A stretch of 64,000 nucleotides of DNA from Trypanosoma brucei (taxonomy: Eukaryota): positions 1,696,001 through 1,760,000 of the forward strand of contig CP000071.1 in NCBI GenBank assembly GCA_000002445.1, in the 5' to 3' direction. Made by a program: the position numbers and the translations under genes. Below, piece by piece: positions 19,165 through 32,100 of this stretch; position 1 is the stretch's first letter; every line of letters starts with the position of its first letter. A model generated the notes under the pieces. The model did not search any database. It was not told the DNA's origin and saw only the letters and a list, made by a program, of their open reading frames with translations.

Positions 19165-19758
19165 ATGGGGGAACAGGATGGGCTGAACAAGAAACCTCAT
19201 TCTCATACCAGGGGTCGCGGCATCCTTCAACATAACAGCAGCCGCCGAGGGCCCCCTCTCGGACAGAATAGTACTAACAATAGAATCAGAGGAGGCTTCA
19301 AGGCAAATAGGGGGCGCTCCAGCACTTTCTCGTCACGTGGGGGTCAAGTGCCGGACGGCACGGTTCCAGCTGCGTACATTTCCCCCTTCCAAGCGTCGCG
19401 GCCGCAGAGCGGGCAGCATTCCGCCTCCGTTGTGCGCACAAGTGTTTCAGGACCCTCGCAGCAGCAAATACTCTTTTATTCCAGCGTCCAACGGCGCGGG
19501 GGTGTCTTTACCAAGACGGCACACGAGACCACCGCACAACTTGCGCGCACGGGCGTTCTCCCTAATTCGACCGCATTCCGCAAGCGGGCCCGTCACGCCA
19601 TGGAAAGCAACGGAGATAAACCAGAAACCCTTGAGGAACGTTTTTCCAACTTGCAATCGGAGAAAACGGAGGTGGAGCTGCGCCAGGCGAAGAAACTTGT
19701 GAAGCGGAGCGGCATCAATCGCTTTGAGGACTGTGACAGCGACGGCGCGGATACATAA
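19165..19758 (+). CDS. hypothetical Arg/Gly-rich (RGG-box-like) protein, putative RNA-binding
   Basis: It is a 197-aa ORF with RGRG and RGG motifs (TRGRGIL, RIRGGFKANRGRSSTFSSRGG) and a charged helical C-terminus. The product assignment is low confidence. My reading of the printed sequence lines is off by 1 nt from the ORF-track coordinates at this locus; I used the ORF-track coordinates. Confidence 0.45.
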   Translation: MGEQDGLNKKPHSHTRGRGILQHNSSRRGPPLGQNSTNNRIRGGFKANRGRSSTFSSRGGQVPDGTVPAAYISPFQASRPQSGQHSASVVRTSVSGPSQQQILFYSSVQRRGGVFTKTAHETTAQLARTGVLPNSTAFRKRARHAMESNGDKPETLEERFSNLQSEKTEVELRQAKKLVKRSGINRFEDCDSDGADT

Positions 19759-19936
19759 AAGGAAGTTCTTTCCTGTACCTGGTTCCAAGATTGATGGGGT
19801 AACAGCGTTGTTATTGTACCTTTGGAGCAGTGGTGGATCAGAGAATAAGAAGTCAATGTATCTCTGGCTTGTCCGTATTGTAAATGCCTTCATAACTCTC
19901 TACAGTACCGTTTTGTACCGTCACGAAGCATACGTG

Positions 19937-19964
19937 CTTCTCTTATATCATTTTTTTTTTCTTG
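19937..19964 (+). promoter_or_regulatory. polypyrimidine tract upstream of the giant BLTP1-like gene
   Basis: cttctcttatatcattttttttttcttg is followed by AG dinucleotides and lies about 220 nt upstream of the ATG at 20183. Confidence 0.4.
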
Positions 19965-20182
19965 AGTTCGAAGCCACCACGAAGTGAGGGACTACAGAGG
20001 ATTAGTTCTACCCCTTCCCATTCAACTGTCCACGGGCTTTGGAGGGCCATCGTGGCGAGGGGGGCTGAGTTCTAGAGAACGAGTTCCCAGAGTCAGAGGC
20101 CACGGCGCCCTCAGGAGCATTAGTGGGACACACAGCACAAGGAAGACGTAAAGGGGTTGTCGGTAGAATAACTGGAAAAAAA

Positions 20183-23100
20183 ATGGAGCCGGGACCGGAG
20201 TCGACAGGCTTCGACACTTCTAAATTTCTCCAGTTTCTTTTCGCCACACTCTTTCTCTTCGTGTGTGTTATGGTTCTCATCATGTATCAACACAAGCTGC
20301 TCAGCTTCGCCGTTCAGACTGTTCTGCGCTATTGTTTCTTGCCATCAACCTCACGAGTTCACCTGGGCGGTCTTCTTCTGTCTCCTCCCGGATGTCGGAT
20401 ATTCTTCCAGAATTTCTTTTATCAGGACGAGAACATGACACTACGTGTCACGGACGGTTACATTTCTTTTGTTTTTTGGGATTCTTGGTTTGGTGATCCC
20501 TCATGGGCAAAGGTGCGGGATTTCATGATGAAGGATGATCTGAAGGGAACACAGTGCTTGGCAAAGGTGAAAACGAAGTGGGTGCGTGGTGTAATTGTCG
20601 ACGTTGAGCGGTCCAAGCGAAAATTACTCGTGCGTTTGGAAAGCGGGGAGCCGGTTAATAGAGAATCAGACCCCGCTCCTCTAGTCGACGATGAGAGGTT
20701 CAACAATTTGGACTGGGGCTCGGAGCTACATGAGATGGCTGATGTGGACGGTGCCTCAAATTCTGTGGTGGGACACAACGGTGATGAAAACACCAGCCAT
20801 CGTAGCAGCTATAACTTGGAGCATAGTAGAGAAAGTCACAGAACAGTCCCCACCAGGCAGCGGGAGGTGAATGTATCATGTGCATCTATTCCCTCTACTA
20901 GCGCCCGAATGTTCTACGCACCAGATTGCCGTAACAGTGATGCCAATTCGAAAGGGGGTGGCGGTGACGGAAATTACAGCAGTGTTACCGCAGTCCATGT
21001 GGAACCTGAAGTGGGAATCAACGGTGAGCCACCCGAGTCTGTAAAGCTCCTTGACATGAGCTTGGTACGCATCCAAAAAAAATGTGGTAGGGTTCGTGTT
21101 CATCTTAACGGAATGGAACTCACCTTTTACAACGCCACGGGAAACTATCGAAAGAGTGAGACCGTGGAAAGAAGCGAACAGGAGAGGAAGCCGAGGCATA
21201 ACGATTCAGTCTTCAAGAGTTTGTGGGGCATCTTCCGACCCCTTTGCAAAAGTGAGAATGATTCCACCGCTCCACGCGACCCCATGGAAGGGAGAGAACA
21301 GCGGCAGCACGAAGGGCTGGAAAGTGAGGAAGAAATGTCGAGCAGGGTAGAGGATACCGGTGTCGAGGATGTCTTTGACGGTGCGCGCACGCGAGCAACC
21401 GTGGAGCAGCACCGCCGGAAGAACACAAAGAGCATCATGCAACGCTTTTATGACTTCGTTGGGGCGGTGGAAGTGGAACTCTTCACAAGCTACGTGAACA
21501 TTGGCGGTGCTGCCGCCGAGCACCCATATTTCCTCCGTGTTGGGTTTAAGCGGGCTGATGGTCTTAGCTATTTAGCTCAAGAAGGCGTTCCGAGCGTTGA
21601 CATATGCCGTCTCGTCACGGAGGCAACGCTAGAAGAGTTGTGTGTCCGCTGGTTTCCCATGAAAAGTACTGAGGAGCAGCATGAGCCAAGAAGCGTGTGG
21701 GACAAGTGGCGGGATTCTTTCTTGCTATACTGCGAAGGTGTGCCACCAGAGCAAAAACCAGAGCCCCTACTCGACGAGCCCGCCGTCCTGATTAAGGACT
21801 ATGGGACAATCATCGGTGACAAGGAGGAATCATCGGCCCACCTCGTTTACTATCGCGACTTCCCCAACGTTTACGCTGGGGAAGAAGTCAGTTGTCAGTC
21901 TGATTTGCCAAAATCGGGTATTGAACTTCTTATTGATACACCAGACTTGTGCCATGGACCGTGGTCCAATTTTTCTATAATGCAGTTGAAAGAATATTTC
22001 GTACCCAATACATACCAGTCGGTTGAGTCACTCAAATTTGAACTAGGTAAGAAACGACCTCACGGATGCTTTGAGATTTACATCGAGCTCCTACGTGAGA
22101 CGTCTCTCATCATACCGTTTAAGCGGAAGACCATCGCACCTACTCCGCCTTTTGGGTTGTGCGACTCGGGTCGGAAGGGGATGGTAGCTGTAACGCTTGG
22201 GCGTGGTTCATCGTATGTGCAAAAGCTGAAAAATCCCCTCCCCCACGAAGAGAAACAGTGCATGGAGAGCTTACTAACGGGGTTGGATGTGTTGGTTGCG
22301 ACCAATGCGATACAGGAGGAGAGCGCGGTGTGCATGAGCATGGACAAAATTGAGCTTTTCGTTGACAAACTTAGTGACAAACCGTACAATGGGCGCAAAT
22401 TGTGGAACATTCTCCCTGTAATGGAAAATGCAGAGGTGTGGTGGCACATGGATTATATAAGCTTCTTCGGCGACCTCTGTCTTGACTGGCTATTTGTGCC
22501 GCACATGTACCATGGAAAGCCCTTCACAACTGAAGAATACAACACGTATAAGTTATTCGTGGAGGAATTTATACCAACCGTCAGGAGGTTTGAGTGTATC
22601 TTTGCAGGAACTTTCAAAATTCACCTGAATGGTAACATGCACAATGCCATTTACAGCGAAAACATCAATGACAAAGCGGCGAACGTATTCTTAACGCTGT
22701 CCACGAAAACTGGTGGTTACATGTTTGTGACGGTGCCTTCAGATTCGTATCTTCTGAGTTCCGTCACGGAAGTGCGGCGGCCGTTCGAGATATCAGTGTC
22801 AGGCATCGAGCTGTTTCTGTCGGTGCCTCACAGTCACCCGCTGCACGAACTTGTCGACATTTCCAGTCCATTTGGCTGCGTTGACAAACTATTTGTGAAA
22901 GGTATGCACACGGTCAACGTACCCAATCAAACTGTACCACAAGACATGGACCCGATAGATCCCGAGACGGGGCAAAGTAAGTTGAGGAACTATTTGGACT
23001 ACGAATTTGACATAACGGGAGTGCGCGGTCATCTAATGGCGCCGCATATCGCCACTTTCACAGAGTTGTTTGAAAACTTATTTGGAGGTTCCTCATGTGT

Positions 23101-26100
23101 AGTGCGACCAGACGAGCTTTTCTGGCCACTGTCCAAAATTCACCCAAAAATTAACACGCCGAAAAACGTCCGTAGTGCCTTCCACACGTACCTTCAGAAG
23201 GACCAACCTCCTACCAATAGTTTGGACTTCAACACAACGGTCAAATTCACTGACATTGACGTCACGCTGCGGACGGGAGAAGCTAAATCTCCCCAAGTGA
23301 ACCTGCGCTTCAGCACGCTAGATATTACCGTAATGAGACAGGCTAGTGTGACAGACATAGGCCTTACAATATCCCCAATATACGGTCGTCTTCCTGCTCC
23401 TCTTACGGGGGACCTTGCAGACTCTACATTCCTGTGTTGTGGTGATGTTTCATTGGGTATTGTAAGGCACTTTGGGCTCCCGCCATTGCGAACTTTATTT
23501 TACAGTGCGTCCGAATGCGTTGTAGATGGCATCTCCTTCTATATGACTGTGGAGCAGGTGGCATTGCTAACAGAGTTATTTACGACCCTCAGGAAACAAT
23601 TCTTTAAGAGCGATGAGGGCCTGCTTGCAGAAATTGAAAAGGCACGAACCGTAGCAGCGTATTCTGCGGACAACTGCGTACTGACCACGCCCGCACAGGG
23701 AGGGAGGCGGCGTGTACCCACAAGTGGGAGGCCGCCGGCATGCTTCAGACGCGTGCGAACTTCCTCCCTACTACCCAGGCCGCGGGGAGAGGAAAACGCA
23801 AGGTGTAAAGCCGCACGCTTAACGCTTATTCGATTTCTCACCCACGGTGGGCCGTTTCTGAAGATTCCCTTCTCCGAACTAGTTCCCGCAGTTGTGGCAA
23901 GTGGATTTCAGGAGTTTCTTGAGCAATTGGACGAGGCAGAGGACTCTGCAAAGGACTACGCAATTCATACGATACTCGTATCAATACCTTCTGTACAGGG
24001 TTGTGTGGCTGTGGGTCCTGACAATTACTTTGAGGTAAAGTTTCCATCAGGCGTCCAGCTGGTTTCAACCACCAAGAATGATCTCAACTCCAATGTGCGT
24101 ACAACAGCCGCCCTCCGTGGTATTGAATTGTGTGGATATTGCCGGAGTAGCAACCACAACATCAAAGATGAGACAAGCCCCTTTGCTGAGGTGTTTCGTC
24201 TTGAAACATCACTTCATGTACAGCGCAGCGTCGCCTACCCTTTTGACAAAGGGCTCGAAATACACAGGAAGAAGCAGCGCCACTTCGTGTTTGAACACGA
24301 CACAGACAGGTTCTTTACGTCAGCGCTTGCTCACGTGCGCAGGCCATGCATGCGGGACGAAAGTTTACAGGACTCAAAAGGGGGGGCTGACGACCCGCAC
24401 TTGTCCTTCTTTCTGAAAGGGGAAGAGGAAGAAGGAGACGAAAGGGAGCTGCGGAGTGCAGGGGTACTTCACAAATTACCAGTGTATAATCAAGATGGAA
24501 AGAACGGAGGAGACTCAGTGGAGGACTGCAAGAATGAAGACGGACCCACGGAGGCCACGCACCACCAGGGATGCGAGGGCACCGCAGCACCTCCTCAACA
24601 ACTTAAGTGCTCAGGCAGAGAAGCGGAACAATCAGCTGGAAATGTATCCACACTAACGAACACCAGAATGGGCATACCTGCGGGTGGAAGCTCGCTGGTT
24701 GAAAGTGACGAGAGCGATGGAACGAGTTTCAATAAAAGCGAAACGAACGCCTTCGCTACATGTGTGTCACAAACAGACGAGCTACTCTCCTATAGTGATG
24801 AGGATGATATGATGAAAGAGCTGTGTGAAAGCGATGATGTCTTTGAGCGCGGCATCTGTAGCACCAGCCACACCCCTGACGATGAGTTCAGTAGGCGGGT
24901 GGACCACCTTCCGGATGAGTGCAATGACTTGATAACCAACTCACTGGATTGTGTGTCGTCAGTGTCTGCATCGCCAAGAGCGTCGGAGGGTAATACTACG
25001 TTGAGTCGAAAGCTAATCACTTCCACACACTTCTTGCGCCGATTCTCCTTTGACCGTCCGGATTCCCAGAAAGACACGCCCGATGGGTGTGACAACACGG
25101 CGCATAACAAGCGTGTGATCGCGAGGGATCGAACCCACTTCCGGGCACCGATGCCCACAGTGGGTTTCGTTCCCTCGAAAAGGCCACCCACAACCCCGAC
25201 ACTTCGTATGCTGCAGCGAACAGTTGATGCATGTAACGGCAATGTTGGTGGCGAAGGTGAGAGTGCCTTCTGGAGTGCCGAGGGGGCGGGAATGTGGGCG
25301 AAGCGGACTGCCGATAACCGCAAACGCTCGCAGGAAGGCACCACGTCCAAACAGATGCATGTTGAATTCTTGGCACCACTAAACTGCCTTGTGGCACAAG
25401 ACTTTGTGGAAAAGCTACTCTTCGATGCGAACACAAGGCTTCAGTCCGTGTTTGCCACACATAACCTTTATTCTTCACTGGATGGAGGAGAAACAGCAGA
25501 CACTGCAGCGGCCCCAATGTTGCCGGTGAGGCATATGAGGCAGACAAGTGGTTTGAAGGGGATGCGGAACTTGATTAAAAGTTCATCGACTCCCGCTGAG
25601 AAGGAGATGAAGAATCTGTTTGCACGCAAGCAGCCAAGCCGAAATCGCGCGCATCAGAAGCGCTGGTATTCTGAAGTGGATATCTGGAGCGTCTGCATTC
25701 CATCCACACGAATAAGTGTTGTGACAGATTTTCCACTGCCCTCAGATAATGTGGTGCACGATGCCCGGGCACGTGGCGTTTACAGCACGCAGTTATGCGC
25801 GCGGTCGGCACAAGTGGTGATGCAACAAACACACCCACCGCCACGTGCTACAAGGCAGGATGAGACGAAAACGTTTTCGTTGTCCACCACGTGTTCATCT
25901 CTCGCTGTCATCACCCAGATCGAGCACGAACCCCTCCTTCGGAGCGATAACCCGTTTGTGAGGGTCCCAGGGATTGATTATGACAGAAAGGACACACTCG
26001 CCGTCTTATACTTTACTTCGATTCGTGGCCGCATGCGCCATCAAAACACGCAGGGTATACAAAACGGTATCTACCATTTATCCGTAGACACTATCGCCCT

Positions 26101-29100
26101 TCACGCCGCTCGCGACTTCTTCTTCTACTTGCACTCTACACTGGCGTTGTGGGAACGACTTAATGGAGCTTGGTGTGCACAAGAATATCCTCGCTGGTAC
26201 CGTGGGCGACCTTCACCAGAAACCTGGAGCAGCCACAACGATGACAACGAGGCCCGTGAGGGGAGTCACGGTGCGCCGGGAAGCTCTGTGGCGCACTTTG
26301 AACATTTACATTCTGCTGTACCAACGACCCGGAACTATGGCATTGAAGGCAGTCGCGTCTTTCAGGGTGTGGGGTCCATACGGGTTGTCCGTTTGGAACT
26401 CTTAGACGTGTCCCGCGACGGTCACTACTTGCGCGTGGACACGCGCTGTCCCAACGTGGTCGAAATAAGCCGACTGCAAGCGAAGTTTGTCGTGCGGGTA
26501 CCAATGAAGCGCGCGCACGACCCCCTGTCCGTCCCATCGAGGCCCCTTGTGAGGCAGAATTCTTCGGTGACATTGAGCTCCAGTGAAGTGTGTTCAGGGT
26601 TTGTGCCGAGTCAGGAATGGAAGCGTCGACCACCCCAACTCAGTACGGTGCAGATTCAATTTATTGGCGAAGTGGAGCATGCCGTGGCGAGGTGTTTTCC
26701 CTCACTATTGCATATCATGGGAGCGGTAAAGGGGAGCGAATGGGTAGCGGATTCGCCAATAGAAATCATATCTGAATCTAAGTGTTCCAAAACCCCGAAT
26801 GATGAGGGAGGCTCACCAGAAGTGGATTGTGGATTCTCTAGTCAACCTCGGGCAGACGCGGCGAATGATTGTAACCAGGTGACATTTAGAGGGAGCTTTG
26901 CACTCGGTAACATTGATGTGTGCATGATTCAGTCCGAAATGAACTTTCTCCAAATAAAGGGTACTGGGCTCGCGGGGTTTGGGGAAGCGCGGGCAGAAGC
27001 TATCAACTCGCGGGAGTGCGTGAAGACGCATGTTCTAACAGAAGCATTCTCTGAGCGGATTAAACGGCAATTACGTGCATGGGCGGACAGAGCCCGCACA
27101 GCCGCCCCCAAGGGTCACTATCCCACTCCTCCTTCCGTGACACCTCAGCTGCGTATGAAAAATAGCGGGTTCTTCGCAGCGGAGACCATGAGGCTGCAAT
27201 ACGTTGCAGACGTGGTAGCACCTTGTACAGATGGGTTTGAAGTTATCGATTATGAGGAGGTGAGTGAGAAAACTCACCGTCAGGATCCGCGCGTCTTCGT
27301 TGCGAGCACTAAACAGCTTCGGGTTGACATGCACCATGCTGAACAAGAAGGCCCTCGGGGTAGTGCCGAAGGGTGTAAAACGGACCCACCAGACACCAGT
27401 TGGGTAGCTGACAGCTCTGAAAAAGGTGAACAGGTCAATGTGCAAGTGGACATTGGAAGTGCGGTGCTATCACTGCCATATCGACCGAAGGCTAGTGAAA
27501 TTGTGCAGCCGCAACTTCAACAGTGGGTTCACGAATGGCTGGGCCCGTCGGTACTACAAACAATGTACACTTCGCAGACGGTTTTGGCCGGCGGCTATCA
27601 CCTCGGGGTGAGACCACAGAGCAAGATATATGCATGCTGCTGTTCTTTGCGAGTTCGTGACGCGCTTCTGCAGAGTGACCTTCCACAAAATATGACTTCT
27701 AACCTGACGATTCCCCTTGCGTCGCTTTTCTTGAATGCCTCCTCAGAGGGGCGATTGGCACTAAAGGGGCATTTGCATCCCACCAAACTATCATCGTCCA
27801 GCCCAACGTCTGGAAGACACACAATGAGTCTGCCAAATATTTTCGTTTTCTACAACAGTGATCGGCTAAGGCGTTCGGGCATGTGCCTGACAGAAACCGT
27901 GGAAGTGACCGTGTCTCCCATCATCGTTAGTCACTTGCTTTTTATTTTCAACCGGGCGTCGACCGTACGCTCAACCCTTACAAAGATTTTCAAACCAGGA
28001 GAAGCCGAACAGGTGGATCCACAGCAAAAAGTGGGAAATTTAAATCTTCAAGACAACCAGAGGAGAAAGAGTAACTTTTTACTGCTGGTCGAAGGACTCC
28101 GCATATCTTATCTCACCTCCATGACTAACATGCGCTTTTCCGCCTGGCGGTTAAAGGGGAGGATGTACACAACCGAGGATGATGACTTGTGCAGGTCCCA
28201 TATGACTCTGAAAGTCGCGAATGTGCAGGTCGCCCTTGTGGACCGTGATGACTATGATCAACTTCAAACCTTCCTTCACCAGTCGGAGTACCTTCAGAAA
28301 CGTGCGGAGAGCTCGAGTGGGAGATCTTCGAAAGAAAAACTGATGTCGTCTTCGTTGCCAAATTCACTGGATCAGGAACGAAAGCGGTCGATCAGCACGC
28401 TCAACGGGTTTATATGGGGTCTATTCGAAACGTCTCTCACATTGTCCACTGGGCGGAGTGATACAAATGAACTCCACTCAGCACTTAAAAGCATTGCTGC
28501 AACTGCGCCTGTGAGAACCTCTGTAAGTCTTCGCAGTTTGGGGAACGTGGGCAATACCGCCACACGCTGGAACGTGGCCATATTTTCACCGCTTCTTATC
28601 GCCCGCGTTGGGTTAGCTCAACTGTTGCAGCAATCAATTGATGAGGCGAAGGAACTGGCGGACAAAATGCACCGAGCTGCAAGGCGCGAAAGTCGGAAAT
28701 ACCACCGTCAACTCGCAAAATCCGCTGTGTATCAGCGTTTAACGCGCTTAGAGCGGCGGGAAAGCCAACAAATGCTTAGCACACAACGTCAACAGGTAGA
28801 GCGCCTTATTGCGTTAACAAACAATGTAATACCAGGGCAAAGTGGGGCAAGTCAGCGACGCGCTTCAATTGCGCTTTCGGTGGAACCAAGTTGTGAGGAC
28901 GTGGTGGAGGGAAGTATATTCCAAACCACCTCCGACCATAAGTTCTTCGTGACGATGACTAATTTTCTTGCTGTTGTCCCGTTTGGGGACGCGCCTTATC
29001 GTACAATATTGGAGGGCACCACCGACGCCTCCCACCGTGGATGCCCCAGTGATGTTTTATTAAACCGCAAGGACTTTGTTCCGACTATGGCGATGAAGGT

Positions 29101-32100
29101 GAAGGTGGAGGGCACTACTGTTGTGTGCCGAGCCCTCATGTCACAGCAGCGAGTGCCCCTGTTGCCAACCAAATCAGTAGGGGCACTGCGAAGCGACGGT
29201 ATCGGTGCTTTTTTGGGTGCCACTGATTCTTCCACAGGGACGAGGCAGATATTTACGTCGAAGTTTATGCTTAGTGATGCGCACTTTTACTGCAGTGACG
29301 GCTCACCGCTTGAGCGAGGCACATCAGCCAAAAGTGTGCTCAGCAGCACGCACGTATTCGGTGGTATTGGTACCCTCACGAGCCCCGGGAAGGGAGAGTA
29401 CCGTAATTCGCTTTCGAAGGTATCGTTCAACTCTATTGAAATACCTTTGCATATCAACAGGTGTGGAAGGAGCGTGAGCATTGGGTCGGTAATGGATATG
29501 AGTGCCCCGCAGATCTCCGTGTCCACACAAACTGCAAGCATCCTCAGCCAGTTCACGAATGAGATGTCGACCAAGTCTCTTTCTTCCGTCTTCCGGCACC
29601 GCGAAGGCGGCGCGGACGCGAAGACAAAATCAGCAGAGGTGATTGCAGAACCGTCTGGTATACATACAGCATCTGGTGGTCCCGAGAGATATAGGCGGGA
29701 AAGAGGAAGGAGGACACATCATACTGATCCAGAGTGCCCAGTAACTAGTGTGCTGCAACAGGCTGAACTGACGCCCATATTGTACAACTTTGACGTGACG
29801 GCACGTCTTGAAGCGGGTGAAATGTATGTTTACTCTATTCAAAGAGGTACCGCAACCAACACTAATGCGTCATCGCAGCAACTGGGAAGCACAGTGAACA
29901 AGGTAAACCGAACCTCAAAACGACAGGTGAAATTCAAACCCATTGCACCAGGCGGAGAAGCCGAGTTTCCGGGTAGTCCAAGGGTTCCGAGCGGACTTGC
30001 AGCCAAAAAGCTGATGTCTGTTCTACTTAAGATACCTCTCCCCGAAGTGACAGCAATGGTAATGGGAAGCTATGGTGGGAGCATGGCAGACGAAGAGCGA
30101 CTTATCGCCCGCGTGGAGATAAGGGAAAACACAATCGAAATAGATCCCTCCATAATTTCACTAGCCCACGAGATTGAGGAATGGGAGGTGATACAGGCTC
30201 GCGATAGTGCAGAGCACGTTGCCAATACACTGAAACTTGTCAAAGGGTGGGAGAGGGATGAAGAAATAAAACATCTCGCCCGCTACTCCACTGTTGCAGA
30301 TGTGGCGTTGCCGCTTCCCCGCGCGTTCCTGTCCGTGCTATCAAATGCAGAATTACAATCAAAGAAGGCAGTAGCGCACCAAAATTTGGGACGCTTGGGG
30401 AACTCTCACCAACCAAAGACAACATCACCACCTTCGCTACAGGATCAAGAGAAAAGGCTTCAGCATGGGCACGAGGATGCGCCAACAAATCATAGTGATG
30501 GGAAACGGAAATTACTTAGTGTGCAGATCCGTGTTACAGAGTTCCGTCTTGTGCTAACCACAGAGCCCGCGTCAAACATAAGCTTCACCCTTTCCCTTGA
30601 TGATCGAGTGGGAAGTGTTGATTTCTTTATAAAGCGGATTCAGACACCATCTACTACGTGGATTGAGGATGTACCAGTGTACAGCCCTCCTGTTGTTCTA
30701 CTACTACTATGTGTCCGCCGTCTGCGTGTGGAATGTCAAGCCAAGATGGAGGTGAAGTCCGTGGAAATGTATCTGCAAGAAGTGGAAGCGCAAGCAGCAC
30801 TACAACAGCACGATAATGCTCTGGTGCTCACGAACGTCTACGTACACCTTCCAAGAGATGCATCAAGTAGCGGAAAGATGGAGCTGACGGTGCGCGCTCC
30901 ATACGTGTCGCAGATGTTCATTTTTCAGGCGTTGTGGCAGCGTAGTTTATTAGAGTCACTGGCCAGCATAAACCGCATTTTTGATCGGGGTGCTGCCATC
31001 TTCAGGGAAAAAATGAAGGCCAATCCGTATATCCGGCGGCGCGGGGTTGCTACAAAGCAGGCGGAGAGGTCGTTAGTTGTTGCTGTTACGGGATCACACG
31101 GAAATGTGCGGGTCGACTTGGGGTCTGGTAACGCCCATTTGGTGTCTGTGGGGAGCATGAGCCTCGCACTGGTGATAGCACAGTCGTCCATTGATCAGGC
31201 GCAAAAGGTATGTATCGACGCTTCGGTGAGGAGCATCATGCTCCGCTCAGAGGGAGTTCTTTCCGGCGTGGCGAGGGTTGACACAATATATTTAAAGGGA
31301 TTCTCTCTATCTAATAGTGGTGGATCAACCAAGGTCGTGCGGTCCCCTGCAGGGCGGACGTTCCGATACTTGCTTTGTGCGCAGAAGTTGCATGCTGTGT
31401 TCAAGGAACGGCAACTGAGGGACTTACTCGAGGGCCAGGTTGGGGAAATTATCCTCAACTTCATGGACAGCACGGGCGAAGGGGTTGCGACAAACGTGAG
31501 GCTGGACGTATCCTTGAGCCGCAGTAACGTAGTCATAACGCCCAGTACGGCCCCCACTTTCGTGCGTACGTTTACCGATTGGTGTAATATTGTCGCGGAG
31601 CAGAGTGCGGCAGCGAAAATGAAGTTGGCGAAATTGGGCATGGAGACGGGCCACACCTCACCAGAAGAGGATAAGGGAGAAAGTGGTCGCCTTGCTGAGC
31701 AGGAAGTTGGATTCCATGCTTCTGGAACTCGCGCCGGTAGAGGGTCAAGCAGTCGAGAGGGTCGACCACCCTTGCATGACAATTTCAATATCACGCCATC
31801 GTTCGTTGCGATACCCGAAGAAGAAGAACAGGGTCAAGATAAGGTCATTAAAAGCAAGGATGGGACGTGCAGCAGTAGCAATAGTGATGCAGAGAGCACT
31901 TCCTATATTCCATTTATGGGCAACAAACTCACTCGTATTCCCTGCGGGTCAATAGAGGTTGTGCTTGATCGCTCTTCCATCCTTCTTGGCAACGCCTCGG
32001 GCGGTGTGGATAAGGCAGGTTGCATCATAGCGACATTCCCGCATGCAACCTTGTCGTTTGCGGAGTGTCCAAGCGAAGAGGACACTGTAGTCAAGCGGGT